64,000 bases of DNA from Coniocarpon cinnabarinum (Eukaryota), in contig JAVECO010000097.1 in the NCBI GenBank assembly GCA_051942205.1, positions 1 to 64,000 on the forward strand, given 5' to 3'. Numbering within the stretch: the stretch's first letter is position 1; each line of letters opens with the position of its first letter. The position numbers and the translations under genes were made by a program. The notes under the pieces were generated by a model that saw only the letters and a program-made list of their open reading frames with translations, searched no databases and was not told where the DNA came from. Of the stretch, positions 1 to 11,677 are shown in pieces.

Positions 1-484
1 CCACCAGCACTTTCACCTCTTCATAAATCTTCCACCCCATCGAATTCAATATCCGTTGCGGACTCCGCGACAGCATCTCCCCCGCCGACGCACTCTCCCC
101 AGACGCGGTGCCCCCTGCAGCCGCACCCAGCAGCGTTTCCCCATCGACCCGCCACGTCCCGCGGACTTCGCCATCCAACCACGTCATCTCGGAACATTGC
201 GCGTTATACTCGACGGGATCCAACATCCCGCCCGCGAGCTGCGCCTGGAGCGTCTCGAGGCAGCGGCGGTCGCATTCTGCGTCGTAGGCGGACGCCGTGG
301 CGGAGTCGGAGGTTCGTGCGCGTGTGATGGACGCGGAGGCGCTTTTGAGGTGGGCGAAGGATTGGTAGAGGGATTGGAGATGGGATTGTGCTTCTGCTTG
401 GGTGATTTGTGCTTGTGGCCCGATTGTGGACGCTGGGGCTGGGACTGCGGCTTTGGTGGGGGTGCTGGTGTGGTGGGATGCCAT
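1..484 (-). CDS. Hypothetical protein, 3'-truncated by window edge
   Basis: ATG at 484 opens a stop-free frame (MASHHTSTPTKAAVPAP...YDAECDRRCLETLQAQL...GWKIYEEVKVLV) that runs off position 1. A CT-rich leader lies upstream on the minus strand. No recognisable motif. Confidence 0.55.
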   Translation of the reverse strand, partial: MASHHTSTPTKAAVPAPASTIGPQAQITQAEAQSHLQSLYQSFAHLKSASASITRARTSDSATASAYDAECDRRCLETLQAQLAGGMLDPVEYNAQCSEMTWLDGEVRGTWRVDGETLLGAAAGGTASGESASAGEMLSRSPQRILNSMGWKIYEEVKVLV

Positions 485-1860
485 TGGGCACCTTTTGGTT
501 TGTGGTTGAGTGACGCTGAGAGTTTGACTGGGGTTTTATTAGCGGAGCTCTTGGTGCAGAGGGTTAGAGGAGAGGGTGTGTTAGCGATAAGTGAGGAGAG
601 AGAAAGGAAGAAGAAGAAGAGGAGGAGGAGGAGGGGGAGGGGGACTATTTGTAGGAAAGTGAAGGTGGGGTTGACTTTGCTTTGGAGGTGGGAGGCTAGG
701 CTGCAGCATGGAGCTATAGGTGTGGAAATCGCTGATGTTGTAGCTTGGAAGGTGGTGCGAGTTTCATGTGCTTGATATTGACGGTTGAGCCCTTGGATCC
801 TACTTTAACCCCCGGACCTCTTGATTGCTGACTAGTGAGCCTGCTAGATACAGTCTGTTTCGTATTTGCGAGGTCAAAGTACGCAAAAAGACGTTGTGTG
901 CCCTAGGTAGGAGTCTTGCATCGTTGTGTTTCAATTTGATTAATTGAAGCTCTTGTGCTACTGACATGTGAGAAGGTGGCAACACTTGGGGAAAGTGGGG
1001 CAGATCTTGGACTTGCTTAAACTCATCAAGAAGTTGTTTAGCATGTGTTTCAAGAAACAATGAACAGAGAGTGAATCGAGTGGACCATGAAGGAGAACGT
1101 TACGCAAATCAGTCGACTTCCACCGTACCTAGCCCCTGAGGGAAATTCACTGTAGTATAAAAAGTCACTCGCATACTAATTATACGCTTGATAAGCTAGC
1201 AAAAGTCTGTTACATGCTAGCTGTGGTCTTCAAACATTTGCGGAGCATTTGTACACAATTTTTGCTCTTCAGCCAACACAGAACGAAATGCACCAAAACT
1301 GACAGACGACATGTTCGGACATCTGAGATATGTGGACCTCAACTGTCATTTTGCAAATCGTCCGACAGGTTGTCTACAGCCTATTGCATATCCAAGTTGC
1401 CACTTTTGTTTTTTTGTTTAACATCGTTTCTCATTTCCTCGTCAGGATCTCTGCATCTGTAAGATAACAAACATGCAGGAAAAAAGAGCTAAAGGGAGAC
1501 ATTGAGCCTCCTGAAAGGTTGTAAAAAGGCAAGAACAGAAGCGTTGGAATCTGTGAGCTACCTCGAAAAAGCAGCAAGGCTAGAGTAGTCGGCCTGCCCA
1601 TCGGATTACAAGTACGAGGCATGTAATGACTGACTTTCAAATGTTAGCACGATGGATCCCTGGATTTCCACGGACCAAAGCGCAAAGTCTCAGCTGGAAG
1701 TAAACTTACCTTAACAGGTCATAGTTTTCTAGGACGCTCTATGCTTTTGCGTGTAGGCGAAACGAAGGCAGAGCCTCTGGAGCATCGGTTCAAGCCTGAC
1801 TTAAATGCCTTTATCGCCTGAAGTGAAGCGTGAGTCATTCTAGGAGGATGGGTGTCTCAT

Positions 1861-2207
1861 TCAGTGTTCTTAGTGAAGCAGTCGATATAGGTTAGTTATG
1901 AGTATTAATTGATGATAGCAATATGATGTAGCCTTTTCTGGTTACGATATAATACTGAAATACTTGTATAAATTAAGTATAATAATAATTATTACTATTT
2001 ACTAAATAAAGTAGCGGTTAGACTTAGAAATTAGTCAGAAATAAAGGCGGCAATACTCTATATTGTTATTAACGTTAGCGACCTATACTCGTTAGTATAC
2101 TAGTAAGCATTCTCCTTAGTGAGTATAATATGAGTATGAGCTTATTTGAGTATGGTAAAGTTAGTATAATATTGGTAGGGGAAATATCGCTTCACTAAGA
2201 ACACTGA
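1861..2207. mobile_element. MITE-like element with 19-bp terminal inverted repeats and AT/TpA-rich (RIP-like) interior
   Basis: TCAGTGTTCTTAGTGAAGC at 1861-1879 is the exact reverse complement of 2189-2207. The interior is abruptly AT-rich and TpA-rich. No clean TSD seen. Confidence 0.7.
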
Positions 2208-3813
2208 CCATGAGGATCGTGGTGAATTACATCGCCCCCAGACAAGTAAACAACATATCGATTTTGTCATTCTTTGCAGCATTCGCAGCTGCCTCCCCAC
2301 ACTGGCCTTCACAAGTACCGGTGGAATTAGTTTCAGGGGTGATGTATCTAGTTTGGCAGGCCCGGCACAAGCCATTCTTTTGGAAGTAGTCGGAATTTTG
2401 ATCTAACTCCGTCTGGGTGTCCTATTTCGATCCGTGTGTGCTGCTCTCGGTACGAGGTATATTTGATGCGACTTTGCTATCATGACAAGCAAAGCATAGA
2501 ACAAGTGCGACTATGCTGCTTACCGTGAATAGCTTCATTTCTGGCGGCAACTTTGGAGGGTCGATGTGGTGACAAATGGGCACGAATAGCAGATATCAAG
2601 AACACTTGACAACAGGAGAATTGGAGCGGCTGCTGGACAGTCTGAAGCATACGATTCTCATGTAAAGGTGAAGAATGTCTTTCTATGAACATAATGAACA
2701 ACAAGCTGCACGAGCAAAGCCTTCAAGTAATGATCAAGATTCTTCTGCGCTGCTTGAAGTCGGCCATTTGGGTGCAATGGTCAGACTTTGAATTAAAGGG
2801 GGCCATCAGAAAGTCATCCGGCTTCGTGAGATGTAGCACCGGACTGTCTCCCGCCCGTGCAGAAGATGAAGCCTTGATGCCCATGGTTCCGGTGGTCTAG
2901 TCGTCCCGTAGATGCTCATCAAAAATAATATTCAAAGAGTAATACTTACAGCGGAACTTCATAGACTTGATGAAGCAGCTGAACATTTGCGGTGCACTGA
3001 GACAACGAAATAGCTGACCCTCTGGTAATGTTGACATGAAGCTATACTTGACCGCGATTGCAAGGCGCATTCAGTGAGAGGTCCTGCGCATCTCTTGCGA
3101 CCTTCTCACGTAATCTTCGCGCCGCACTGGTCTGAACGCAGGTAGACGCGAATGTGTGGAGTGCGATCCCCGCTTTTCGTTTATTCCCTCTATAGGAATC
3201 TTGATATTGAACCAGCCATCACCTTAGCCCCTCGATCTACAACTTCACGCGTCCGTGTGTTGACACGATATGCTCCAAAAGACGGCATCAATGCCTGAAT
3301 CCTTGACAAAAGCCGCCTCGCTGTCTCATGAATGGGCTCTCGGGGAGACCGTCCGACTCATCTGACGCCACTGATCCCTTACTGTGCGCTTGTGGCGCTG
3401 TGCTGAACGCTTCTCCAGGGGGCCGTGGTTTCGACATGATGCATGTGGCAAAGTAATGAAACATGCACGTGGACATGTCGAGAACTCTAAGAAGCCCTAC
3501 CCCTTATTCACTGCATCTATGGGCGGATCCCCTGATCTGAAACAGTCTGGACAGATGCAAGAATACTGAGCCGCGGACTGTACTACACAGTGGGCGCCAG
3601 TCGCGCGGCTCACCCTGCCTCCTGCTTCCTCGTCGCATCTGACTGCTTTTCTTGAACGAATAGACTTGCTCGTCTGGGCAACAATGACAATTGCGCAACC
3701 TGTGGCGGTCCGCGTATCTCAGTCGTGCAGTGGCCTCGACTTATAGATAGCCCATCGGCATGCCCAACCGTTGATTATTCATCACTTTTGCACTTGCACT
3801 TACATAGACGAAC

Positions 3814-4871
3814 ATGAGCTCCGCAAAAGGGAGTGTTGAGCTTAAAGAATGGTTTGCTGATAAGGGTCGCATGGATGAAGAGCAGCCCTGTACTCCACAA
3901 GAAGCACAAGCAGTGCGCGACTACGCTGTGGCGTCTCCAGACCGCGCTGCGCTTACCACCGAGCAAGCAGCCCACCTCCTCCTGAAAGCCGACACGGAAC
4001 ATCCAAACATGAACGACCCCAAGGAAAAGGGATACCGGATCGCGTCATTGATCTTTGATGTACAGCGCGAGTACGACGACCTGCAACCCATTATGCTTGA
4101 CCTGTTCGAAGCCATTGAGCACTTTGATTCCAACTCTACTGCTGCTACATCAATTAAAAACCTTTCGCGCACCAACATGAAGGCGTGTAGTCCTAGCGTT
4201 GTTGGATCATGGATCGAAATTGCAAGTGACTGCTGGCGCTCAGCTCACGCCTGGCGAGACCAACCGCCAATCAATGCCGAGCACAATCCCATCAAAGACT
4301 GGACATCTCTCAATGCTCTCTTTGCGCATAGATGCCAGCGTCAGCTGCGAGCCACACACAGAACACAAATCCCGAAAATCTAGCCAATCTACGTGAGATC
4401 TCCTCGCTTGGCTTTAGCTAGATCACAACTGCTTTGGGGAAAGAGCGTTCAGACATAGTAGCGGGGGCTTCTCTAGACGCACTATGGTCGCAGCGCCCTG
4501 AAATGAACATGTTGGACGTAGGTGTGTCTTACCTTACCTGTACTGACGCTCTTCTATAGGTCGAACTTCCGGCTGCGATGAGATGGGTACAGATCACTGG
4601 GTCTCTAATCCTGCATTGCGTTCAGCCACATGCAAAGAACTCGGAAGTAGCTAAGACCTTGCAAAACGTCGGCCGCGAAGGTAATCTCCAGAAACTTGAC
4701 CAGCTGCTTCCGTCAGGATTCACACTGCAACGTTGGCAGCTTTGGAAGGATGGGCTTGCGCAAATCATCGCTGACGCGGGCAATGAGATTAATTCCAGCA
4801 CAATGCAGGGAGCCCGTGCGGGACTGCAAGCAAGGCAAAGCTTCGAAACTGGGGAAAACCCCTCCAGGTAA
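3814..4871 (+). pseudogene. DUF3632-like gene, apparently disrupted
   Basis: Motifs WTSLNALFA, D-VELPAAMRWV and GFTLQRWQLWKDGL resemble the fungal DUF3632 family. Intron 4518-4559 (GTAGGT..CTGAC..TAG). The frame stops at 4381, and the continuation frame needs a frameshift near the CACACA run (~4352-4360) plus read-through of TAG at 4419. Confidence 0.55.
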
Positions 4872-5054
4872 GGGACGGCAAGGTGGGTGTCGCACTGGCT
4901 GACTGGAGCCCGAAATGAGGATCACCCCTCACATGACAGGCATTGCAAATCTTTTCCTGGATTATCTAAAGCGTCTGAAAATTTTCATCATCCTTTCCGG
5001 CATCCTGATTGATTGATGCTTGCTACAAACATAACTAAACATATGACCCATCCA

Positions 5055-6109
5055 TCAAACCGTCGGCCACCCGTCGCTGCCCCAGTTTATAACATTGACC
5101 CCCCACAAGACCTGTCCATCACCCAATCCCACGTTAGTGTCCATGTAATGATAATACAAATACCAGGTATTCCCCACCTGCAGCACGCCCTGCCCACCAG
5201 GACCATAGATGTTCCCATGACTCTCCAGCAGCACACTTCCGCCCGCCGAAGTGCAGCTCCTGCCGTTGCGATCCACAAACGGCCCTGTGGCTGACTGACT
5301 TCTACACATCATGATCTTGTACTCGCCCCCCGCCGGCGGCTTCTTGGCCGGGATATTGCAGCACTGCCCGCTACTGAAGGTCATATACCAGTACCCGCCA
5401 TATTGAAAGGTGTATATCCCCTCGACGCTGTCGCCGCTGCCAGACGTCGAGTTGTATGCGACACGGTAGGCTGACCCGGTGGGCTGGTAGTTGGAGCCGA
5501 TCGGCACTTGATAGAGACCACCGAAAAAGGAACCGAAGCCAAGTGTGGTTGGGTTGACGAGGTTGGCGTCGATGGCGTTGAAGCCGCTGCTGGTGGTGGA
5601 GGCGATCACTTGACCGTGGTCGGTCCAGCTGCCGGGGTCGAGGGTCGAGGATGTGGCGTAGCCGATTACCGAGGCCGGGCTGCCGAACTGGGAGCAAGCG
5701 TAGAAGAGGACATAGGTGTTCCCGACGAGATGGACATCAGGAGCCTAGTGGTAGCTTGCGGTCAGTTTCAAGCAGAAGAGTGACTTGTGGTGGTAGAGTT
5801 CTGCCATATGAAGAGCGTGTGTGTATGCTAACTCACCCAGGCGTCGTTAGCACCAGGGCTGTTAACTTTGGCGTTGCCATTCAATACCGTGCCCAGCTGC
5901 TGCCACGGACCCTGGATGGACGTCGCGCTGAAGATGGGAATCCGGCCACCAGTTGCAAAGCGGTAGAAACGGCCGTCAGAGGCACGGCGGATAGCAGTGG
6001 GATCATGTGTATTTCCGCAAGTCCCTGAGCAAGGGAGAGGATTGGCGTAGCCGTTGCACAGTGTGACGGTGGCCAGCACCAAAAAGAAAAGAGTGAGAAG
6101 TGAACGCAT
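5055..6109 (-). CDS. abnA: Secreted GH43 endo-1,5-alpha-L-arabinanase
   Basis: Signal peptide, HDP motif, WAPD joined across intron 5745-5836 (GTGAGT..CTAG), then NAID, GSFFGG, VEG, GPGGQGV and YHY motifs. Confidence 0.92.
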
Positions 6110-6817
6110 AGCGAAGGACTGTTTGAGGTGTTTCTTTGCCTACCGAACTTGCAGTGGGCATCTCAAGAAATTGTGCGACATTACAGCATTACTTATGGAG
6201 AACACGGAGCATTAGTATTTAAACTTTCGTCAGGAGATTTGTGGAGTAATTCCAGGGTGCTCTAATGTGTTTCACTATAATTTGTTCTTGGCCTCAGGCG
6301 AGAGCGTCTGGAAAGCGTAGAGAAAGGAAAGTGTCTGGTCAGGAGGCTCTGCCTTAACTGTGGAGTATAGTGGATGGATGGTAGTCGAGGTTGTTAATGT
6401 ACCAGATGCGGCTAACGTAGTGTCACATAAGTGTGGGGAGTCCCTGCTGCGATCTACGACCAGCGGCAATGCTTGTTCCGATGGCACCAGACAGAGACCG
6501 AACAGAGTCGATGTTGCGTTGAAGACCTATGCATTATCCTGGCCTCGGGGACGAGTGTTCCTGTTTGCAATAGCATAAGGGATCTACAGCACGAGCAGCT
6601 GTGGTTAAAAGGGGCGCTGTTGGAGTTTAGCCGGGTATTAGATTTATGGCGCTTCAGTAGTGCCATCCCGTCACGTGCTATGTGCCGCCCTCCTTGATCC
6701 CGCTCCATCTCCACCCTTGAAGTCACATGGCGGGAGACTTCAATCCGGAAGCTGCAGCAGCGACATGCTTCTGTTGCAGGCGAAGTGGCAAGATAATGTG
6801 ATTAGTTGATGTAGATC

Positions 6818-9800
6818 ATGGCCATCAACCTGAACCCATTCGGCTTCCGCAAATGGCCTGTAACCATCGTTGTATCCGCGATATACATTGCCATCATCAC
6901 CCTGGGCCTTTACGTACACCATATAGTACCTTCTGCTCCCAAGGAGAGCTCGAGCTCCCTACCAGATGGCGTGAGCTTGAACCAGGCTTGGATTGACTTA
7001 CAGCAGCTCTCTAGACAGCATCATCCATATAATAGCCACAATAATGATGAAGTGCGGGACTGGATCTTGCACCGTGTAAATGATACTCTGCGCAACAACA
7101 CCGTTGTTTCCCAGCAAATTGCGTCACTTGAATCAGACTCTCTATTCCAGAACATCGGTGAAGACGCCAAAGCAATCGTATTCGACGACCTATCATCAAA
7201 CGCCACGTATTCAGCCACTAACCCAATCAGCGTGTACTTTGAGAGCACCAATATCATTGTCCTGTTAAGAGGCTCTGGCGACTCGACAATGGAGGCCGAT
7301 CGTCATCGTTCTCACTCGCAGCCCAAACAAGACACAAGAGAACAGGGCTGCACTCTCGTGAACGCACATTACGACAGCGTGTCCACCGGCTTCGGCGTTA
7401 CCGACGACGGTGTTGGTGTCGTTACTCTCCTCCAACTCCTGGCACATTACACTGCACCAGGAAATCAGCCTCAAAGATGTCTAGTACTGCTTTTCAACAA
7501 CGGCGAAGAAGACTACCTCAATGGCGCCCGCGTCTTTTCTCAGCATCCAGTCTCTTCCCGCGTCTCAGCTTTCTTGAATCTAGAAGGTGCTGGCGCCGGT
7601 GGTCGTGCAACAATGTTTCGAAGCACGGACGCCGTGGTCACGAAGGCGTACAAATCCAGTCCATTCCCATTTGGCAATGCACTGTCTGCTGATGGGTTCC
7701 GGCAAGGGTTAGTCCGCAGCCAGACGGACTACGTCGTCTTCAACGAGAACTTGGGTTTTCGTGGTGTAGACGTTGCGTTCATGGAGCCTCGGTCGAGATA
7801 CCATACGATCTCTGATTCGACCAGAGAGACGAGCATTGACTCGGTGTGGCACATGCTGTCCGCTGCGTTGGCAACAACGAAAGCCATGATAGAGCATGAA
7901 CCCTATGGCCCAGAGCCAACTACAGGGTCTGAGCCGGTGTATTTCGACCTTTTCGGGCGAGCTCTGGGAATGCTGAATCTGCAGATGTTATTCGGCATCT
8001 CAATAGCTGTCCTCGTCATTGGTCCGGCAATTTTATTGCTGATAGGTGCCCTGCTTGCACGACAAGACAAGTTCTATATCCTTGCCGGTAAGAGCTTCTC
8101 AGATCCTTTGGATCCACACACCCCCGATGAGCCAGTCGCCATCGACATCCAAGGTCGTCGAGGCATCTTCCGCACGCTCATCACCTTCATCCTCAGTATT
8201 GCTGCCGTTGTTGGTCTTGCACTCCTTCAATCCAAGGTGAATCCCTTCATTGTGTACAGCAGTCCTTACGCCATCTGGTCCATGATTATCTCCGCCTTCA
8301 TAGTTGTCTCATGGTTCTGTCTCAGCGCCGCCGATGGCACTCGACCCACTGCATTTCAGCGCCTGTACGCTCTCTTCTGGCTCTATGGCTTCTCGTGGCT
8401 CCTGCTCGTTTTCTGCGTCTTTGTTGAAGCCCGGTTCAAGATCTGTGGTGCTTACATCAGCTTATTCCTCAATGCCGCGTCTTTTCTTGCACTTACTATG
8501 TCGCTACTAGAACTATTCAACTTGCCTCGAAAGAAAGACTATATCTACTCGGCTTCGCAAACGGATTCAGGCATCACGTCGCATACACCAAACCCTCCAT
8601 CTTCGCGACCATTGTCGAGTCATAATCCTCCACACGACGACAGCGAAGCCACCGAATCCTCGCCTCTCCTCGGCCATTCTGCTACTGCTCATCTCCGTCA
8701 CACTAGTGTCTCTCGCACGCCGTTTTCTCGAGTCTTTAAATCCAACGACCAAAGTCAAGAAAACCACTCAGGCATCGACGAACAACCTTGGTCTCGCCAC
8801 CTACTCTCCCTCTGGCCCCTTCAAGTCCTCGCCTTTGCGATTCCCATAATCCTGACCACCCAACTCGGCCTCTTCATGACATCCGCGCTTTCTCAAACCC
8901 TCGGCGACGGCTCCAGCCCCTTGACGCTCTACCTCGCCATCTCAATCCTCTGCACTCTCCTGCTTTTACCAACTACACCTTTCATCCACCGAATCGACGG
9001 CCGTGTGCCTTTCTTCCTCTTCCTCATCTTGGTCGGCACCTTGATCTACAATCTAACCGCTTTCATATTCTCAAGAGAGAACAGATTGAAAGTCTATTTC
9101 CAAGAGCGTGTTTCGGTCGATGATCCTGAGACTAACGTCGTGGCTCTCACGGCATTGGAGGGATACGTCCAGCAAATAGCACGTTCGATTCCGGGTGCTA
9201 ATACGACGCTCAATTGTTCATTCCCTGGCATGGGTGTCATCAAAGGACTGACGACGTGTCATTACGCCACTTCTCTCCTCCCACAACCGCTGCCCCAGTA
9301 TTCCAACACATCCGTAGTTCCAAGTGACTGGATGAAGTTCACAGCCCACCGCTTACACCCGAATAACAGTGACGATGACAACACAGCCACCCTTCGCCTT
9401 AGCGGCCGCAATACGCGAGCGTGTAAACTCCACTTTGACACACCAGTCACGGACTTCAACGTCACAGGCCAATCCAAACAAGACTCCCGCTTCGTCAAAG
9501 TCCCAGAAGACGGTCTCCAGGAACTGAGACTATGGAGTCGAGACTGGGATCGCGAATGGGAAGTCCAAATCGCATGGCGGGATCTCTCTGCTTCCTCTTC
9601 GAAATCCTCTACATATACATCCTCGCCAGACCGACTTAATCTCGGTACCACACTAACAACAAACAACAGCACGGGTAAGGGAAATGACACGAGTCACAGA
9701 AACAAAAGTCTAAAAGGCCAAGCCACCTGTCTCTGGAGCGACGCCAATGATCCAGCCACCATTCCCGCACTGGAAGAGTTAAGGCATTATATGCCGATTT

Positions 9801-9865
9801 GGAGTGTGGTTACGAAGGCGGGGGATGGATTGGTGGAGGGATGGCGGGATTTTGAGATCATGTGA
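6818..9865 (+). CDS. PFF1: Vacuolar membrane protease, M28 family (PFF1/FXNA-like)
   Basis: 1015-aa ORF with NAHYDSV, TDDGVG, NNGEED, NLEGAG, QTDY and YHT motifs, followed by several TM segments. Confidence 0.92.
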   Translation: MAINLNPFGFRKWPVTIVVSAIYIAIITLGLYVHHIVPSAPKESSSSLPDGVSLNQAWIDLQQLSRQHHPYNSHNNDEVRDWILHRVNDTLRNNTVVSQQIASLESDSLFQNIGEDAKAIVFDDLSSNATYSATNPISVYFESTNIIVLLRGSGDSTMEADRHRSHSQPKQDTREQGCTLVNAHYDSVSTGFGVTDDGVGVVTLLQLLAHYTAPGNQPQRCLVLLFNNGEEDYLNGARVFSQHPVSSRVSAFLNLEGAGAGGRATMFRSTDAVVTKAYKSSPFPFGNALSADGFRQGLVRSQTDYVVFNENLGFRGVDVAFMEPRSRYHTISDSTRETSIDSVWHMLSAALATTKAMIEHEPYGPEPTTGSEPVYFDLFGRALGMLNLQMLFGISIAVLVIGPAILLLIGALLARQDKFYILAGKSFSDPLDPHTPDEPVAIDIQGRRGIFRTLITFILSIAAVVGLALLQSKVNPFIVYSSPYAIWSMIISAFIVVSWFCLSAADGTRPTAFQRLYALFWLYGFSWLLLVFCVFVEARFKICGAYISLFLNAASFLALTMSLLELFNLPRKKDYIYSASQTDSGITSHTPNPPSSRPLSSHNPPHDDSEATESSPLLGHSATAHLRHTSVSRTPFSRVFKSNDQSQENHSGIDEQPWSRHLLSLWPLQVLAFAIPIILTTQLGLFMTSALSQTLGDGSSPLTLYLAISILCTLLLLPTTPFIHRIDGRVPFFLFLILVGTLIYNLTAFIFSRENRLKVYFQERVSVDDPETNVVALTALEGYVQQIARSIPGANTTLNCSFPGMGVIKGLTTCHYATSLLPQPLPQYSNTSVVPSDWMKFTAHRLHPNNSDDDNTATLRLSGRNTRACKLHFDTPVTDFNVTGQSKQDSRFVKVPEDGLQELRLWSRDWDREWEVQIAWRDLSASSSKSSTYTSSPDRLNLGTTLTTNNSTGKGNDTSHRNKSLKGQATCLWSDANDPATIPALEELRHYMPIWSVVTKAGDGLVEGWRDFEIM

Positions 9866-10396
9866 TGTGTTTCAGTTGCTTTCAGAGGGGTGCGAGGCTC
9901 GAGCGGCTTGAGATGTCGGAGACGCCGAACACATTTGAGACGCTCGGCATACTTGCGACTCTTCGGGACGCCGGAGACGCTCGAGTGTGCGCGACCAGAT
10001 CGCAAGAGCACGAGTAGAACTGAGCGGGTCTGAGTTTATTCTCGAGCTTCTTAAGGAACAGACACTAGTGCGGAGTAGTATACAGTATACAGTGCGAGAC
10101 TGGCGAATGGGATGGGGTCGGATGTTTGCAGTGGGAAAAGCATTTCGTGATGCAAGCGGGCTTGCATGGCATAAATTCATGTCTATCATAATGCGGTTGT
10201 ACCGGCGGCGCCTTAGAGGAGAGTAAAGGATGCCACAGCAAAGAACCGCTCCGAAGTTCTGGAATCAGCCGCCAGTACCGACAATGCTCTCTTTATCAAA
10301 ATCATACGCATGAGTTCCGACTACCACGGAAGCCCCGTTTCATTTCTGACTTGCAAGCACACTCATCCACCCGCGGTTCCCATTCCCATCGCCATA

Positions 10397-11677
10397 TCAC
10401 CTCTTCACAACCTCATCCACCCGATTAAACCATCCTTGCAGCTCCTTAACAAGCGCCTTTCGCTTTCCCCTCGCATACTCATCCCCCTCTGTCTCAACGC
10501 CATCCAGCTTAAGCATAACTTGCGTCATAATCGTCTCGGTGATCTTTTTGTGCTCAAACTCGCGCTTCTCCTTTTCGCGCGGCGGGTTTGCAATCAACCC
10601 TTCGCAGACGGGCTGGTATTCCGTGCGGAACTTGTCTTCGAGGGCTTGAATTTTGCCTGCTGGAGTCGTGGGCGCGGCGGGCGGTGGTGGTGCGGACGAA
10701 GGCGCGGAGCTAGGTACAGGTGAGTTACGCGCTGGTGTTGACGATGTGGATGTTTTGTGCAATGGATGTGTTCCGGATGGCATGGGCAAGTGCTCGGCGC
10801 CTCCACCGGCTGGTCCACTGTACGCGGGACTCTCACCGCGACTGCTGCCGCTCTCAACCCCTTTGCGAGGCTTTTTGCCGCCACGTCTATTCTTCCTCCG
10901 ACGTCGGCTTTCGCCCTTGCGTCCGTCGCCATCAGGGAGGTCGCTGGCGACCGAGCCGTCTTCGTCCTCGCTGCTCATGTCGCTTCCCGGGTCTCTGTCG
11001 CCTACCACGACCATGACTTCCAGTTGGTCCTGACTTCGCATGCCGATTTCTCGAAGGGGTACTGCGTCGTCTTTGAGGTTCCGACCGCGCCAGAACATGC
11101 GCACCCGCTTGGCGTCTGAATCGACTCTCCTCGCTGCCATTTCCCTGGCACTGCCAGCAGTCGTGCTGTATTCATCAATTGCCCACGCTGGGAAATGTAC
11201 CGGGTAATACTGGCCTTTGTAACGGAAGGTGATGACATCGGTCTCTCGGCCAGACGGACGTGTCTGTCTTTCGCGTTCGAGCGAAGGGTGCCTCGCGCGC
11301 GAGCGTGAGCGTGAGCGGGTGCGATGCGTGTCGAGGGGCACGCCGAGACTTGCACCACCTGAAGCCGTATGGGACGAGCTTTTGCGAAGACTAGTGTCGT
11401 TGCCGCGAGGAGTATCTTGAGGAGTATGTGAGTTTGTCTTGCGCAAAGAACTGGAGCGGTCGCGACGGTCGGGGCTGCTGCTATGTTTTGAATGTGTGTG
11501 AGAATGGTGGTGGGAGGAAGCCTGCTGGTTGGAAGTCTCCCTTTGGAGGTCCTCGGAAGTGATGTAGGAGAAGTCGTCTTCGGTAACACGAGCGGCAGGC
11601 GACGCCGGCGACTCTTTTGGAGTTCCGCTGAAGGGCGAGAAGCGACCTAGAGAAGGTACGCGCGGAAGCCAAGACAT
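10397..11677 (-). CDS. BAG-domain Hsp70 co-chaperone with ubiquitin-like domain
   Basis: Central UBL-like segment (RVRMFWRGRNLKDD) and C-terminal BAG signature (EHKKITETIMTQVMLKLDGVETEGDEYARGKRKALVKE). Confidence 0.88.
   Translation of the reverse strand: MSWLPRVPSLGRFSPFSGTPKESPASPAARVTEDDFSYITSEDLQRETSNQQASSHHHSHTHSKHSSSPDRRDRSSSLRKTNSHTPQDTPRGNDTSLRKSSSHTASGGASLGVPLDTHRTRSRSRSRARHPSLERERQTRPSGRETDVITFRYKGQYYPVHFPAWAIDEYSTTAGSAREMAARRVDSDAKRVRMFWRGRNLKDDAVPLREIGMRSQDQLEVMVVVGDRDPGSDMSSEDEDGSVASDLPDGDGRKGESRRRRKNRRGGKKPRKGVESGSSRGESPAYSGPAGGGAEHLPMPSGTHPLHKTSTSSTPARNSPVPSSAPSSAPPPPAAPTTPAGKIQALEDKFRTEYQPVCEGLIANPPREKEKREFEHKKITETIMTQVMLKLDGVETEGDEYARGKRKALVKELQGWFNRVDEVVKR

Noticed and set aside
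56..775. 239-aa plus-strand ORF
   Set aside because: Non-ATG start, runs through a purine-rich low-complexity tract, and is antisense to a more plausible minus-strand frame.
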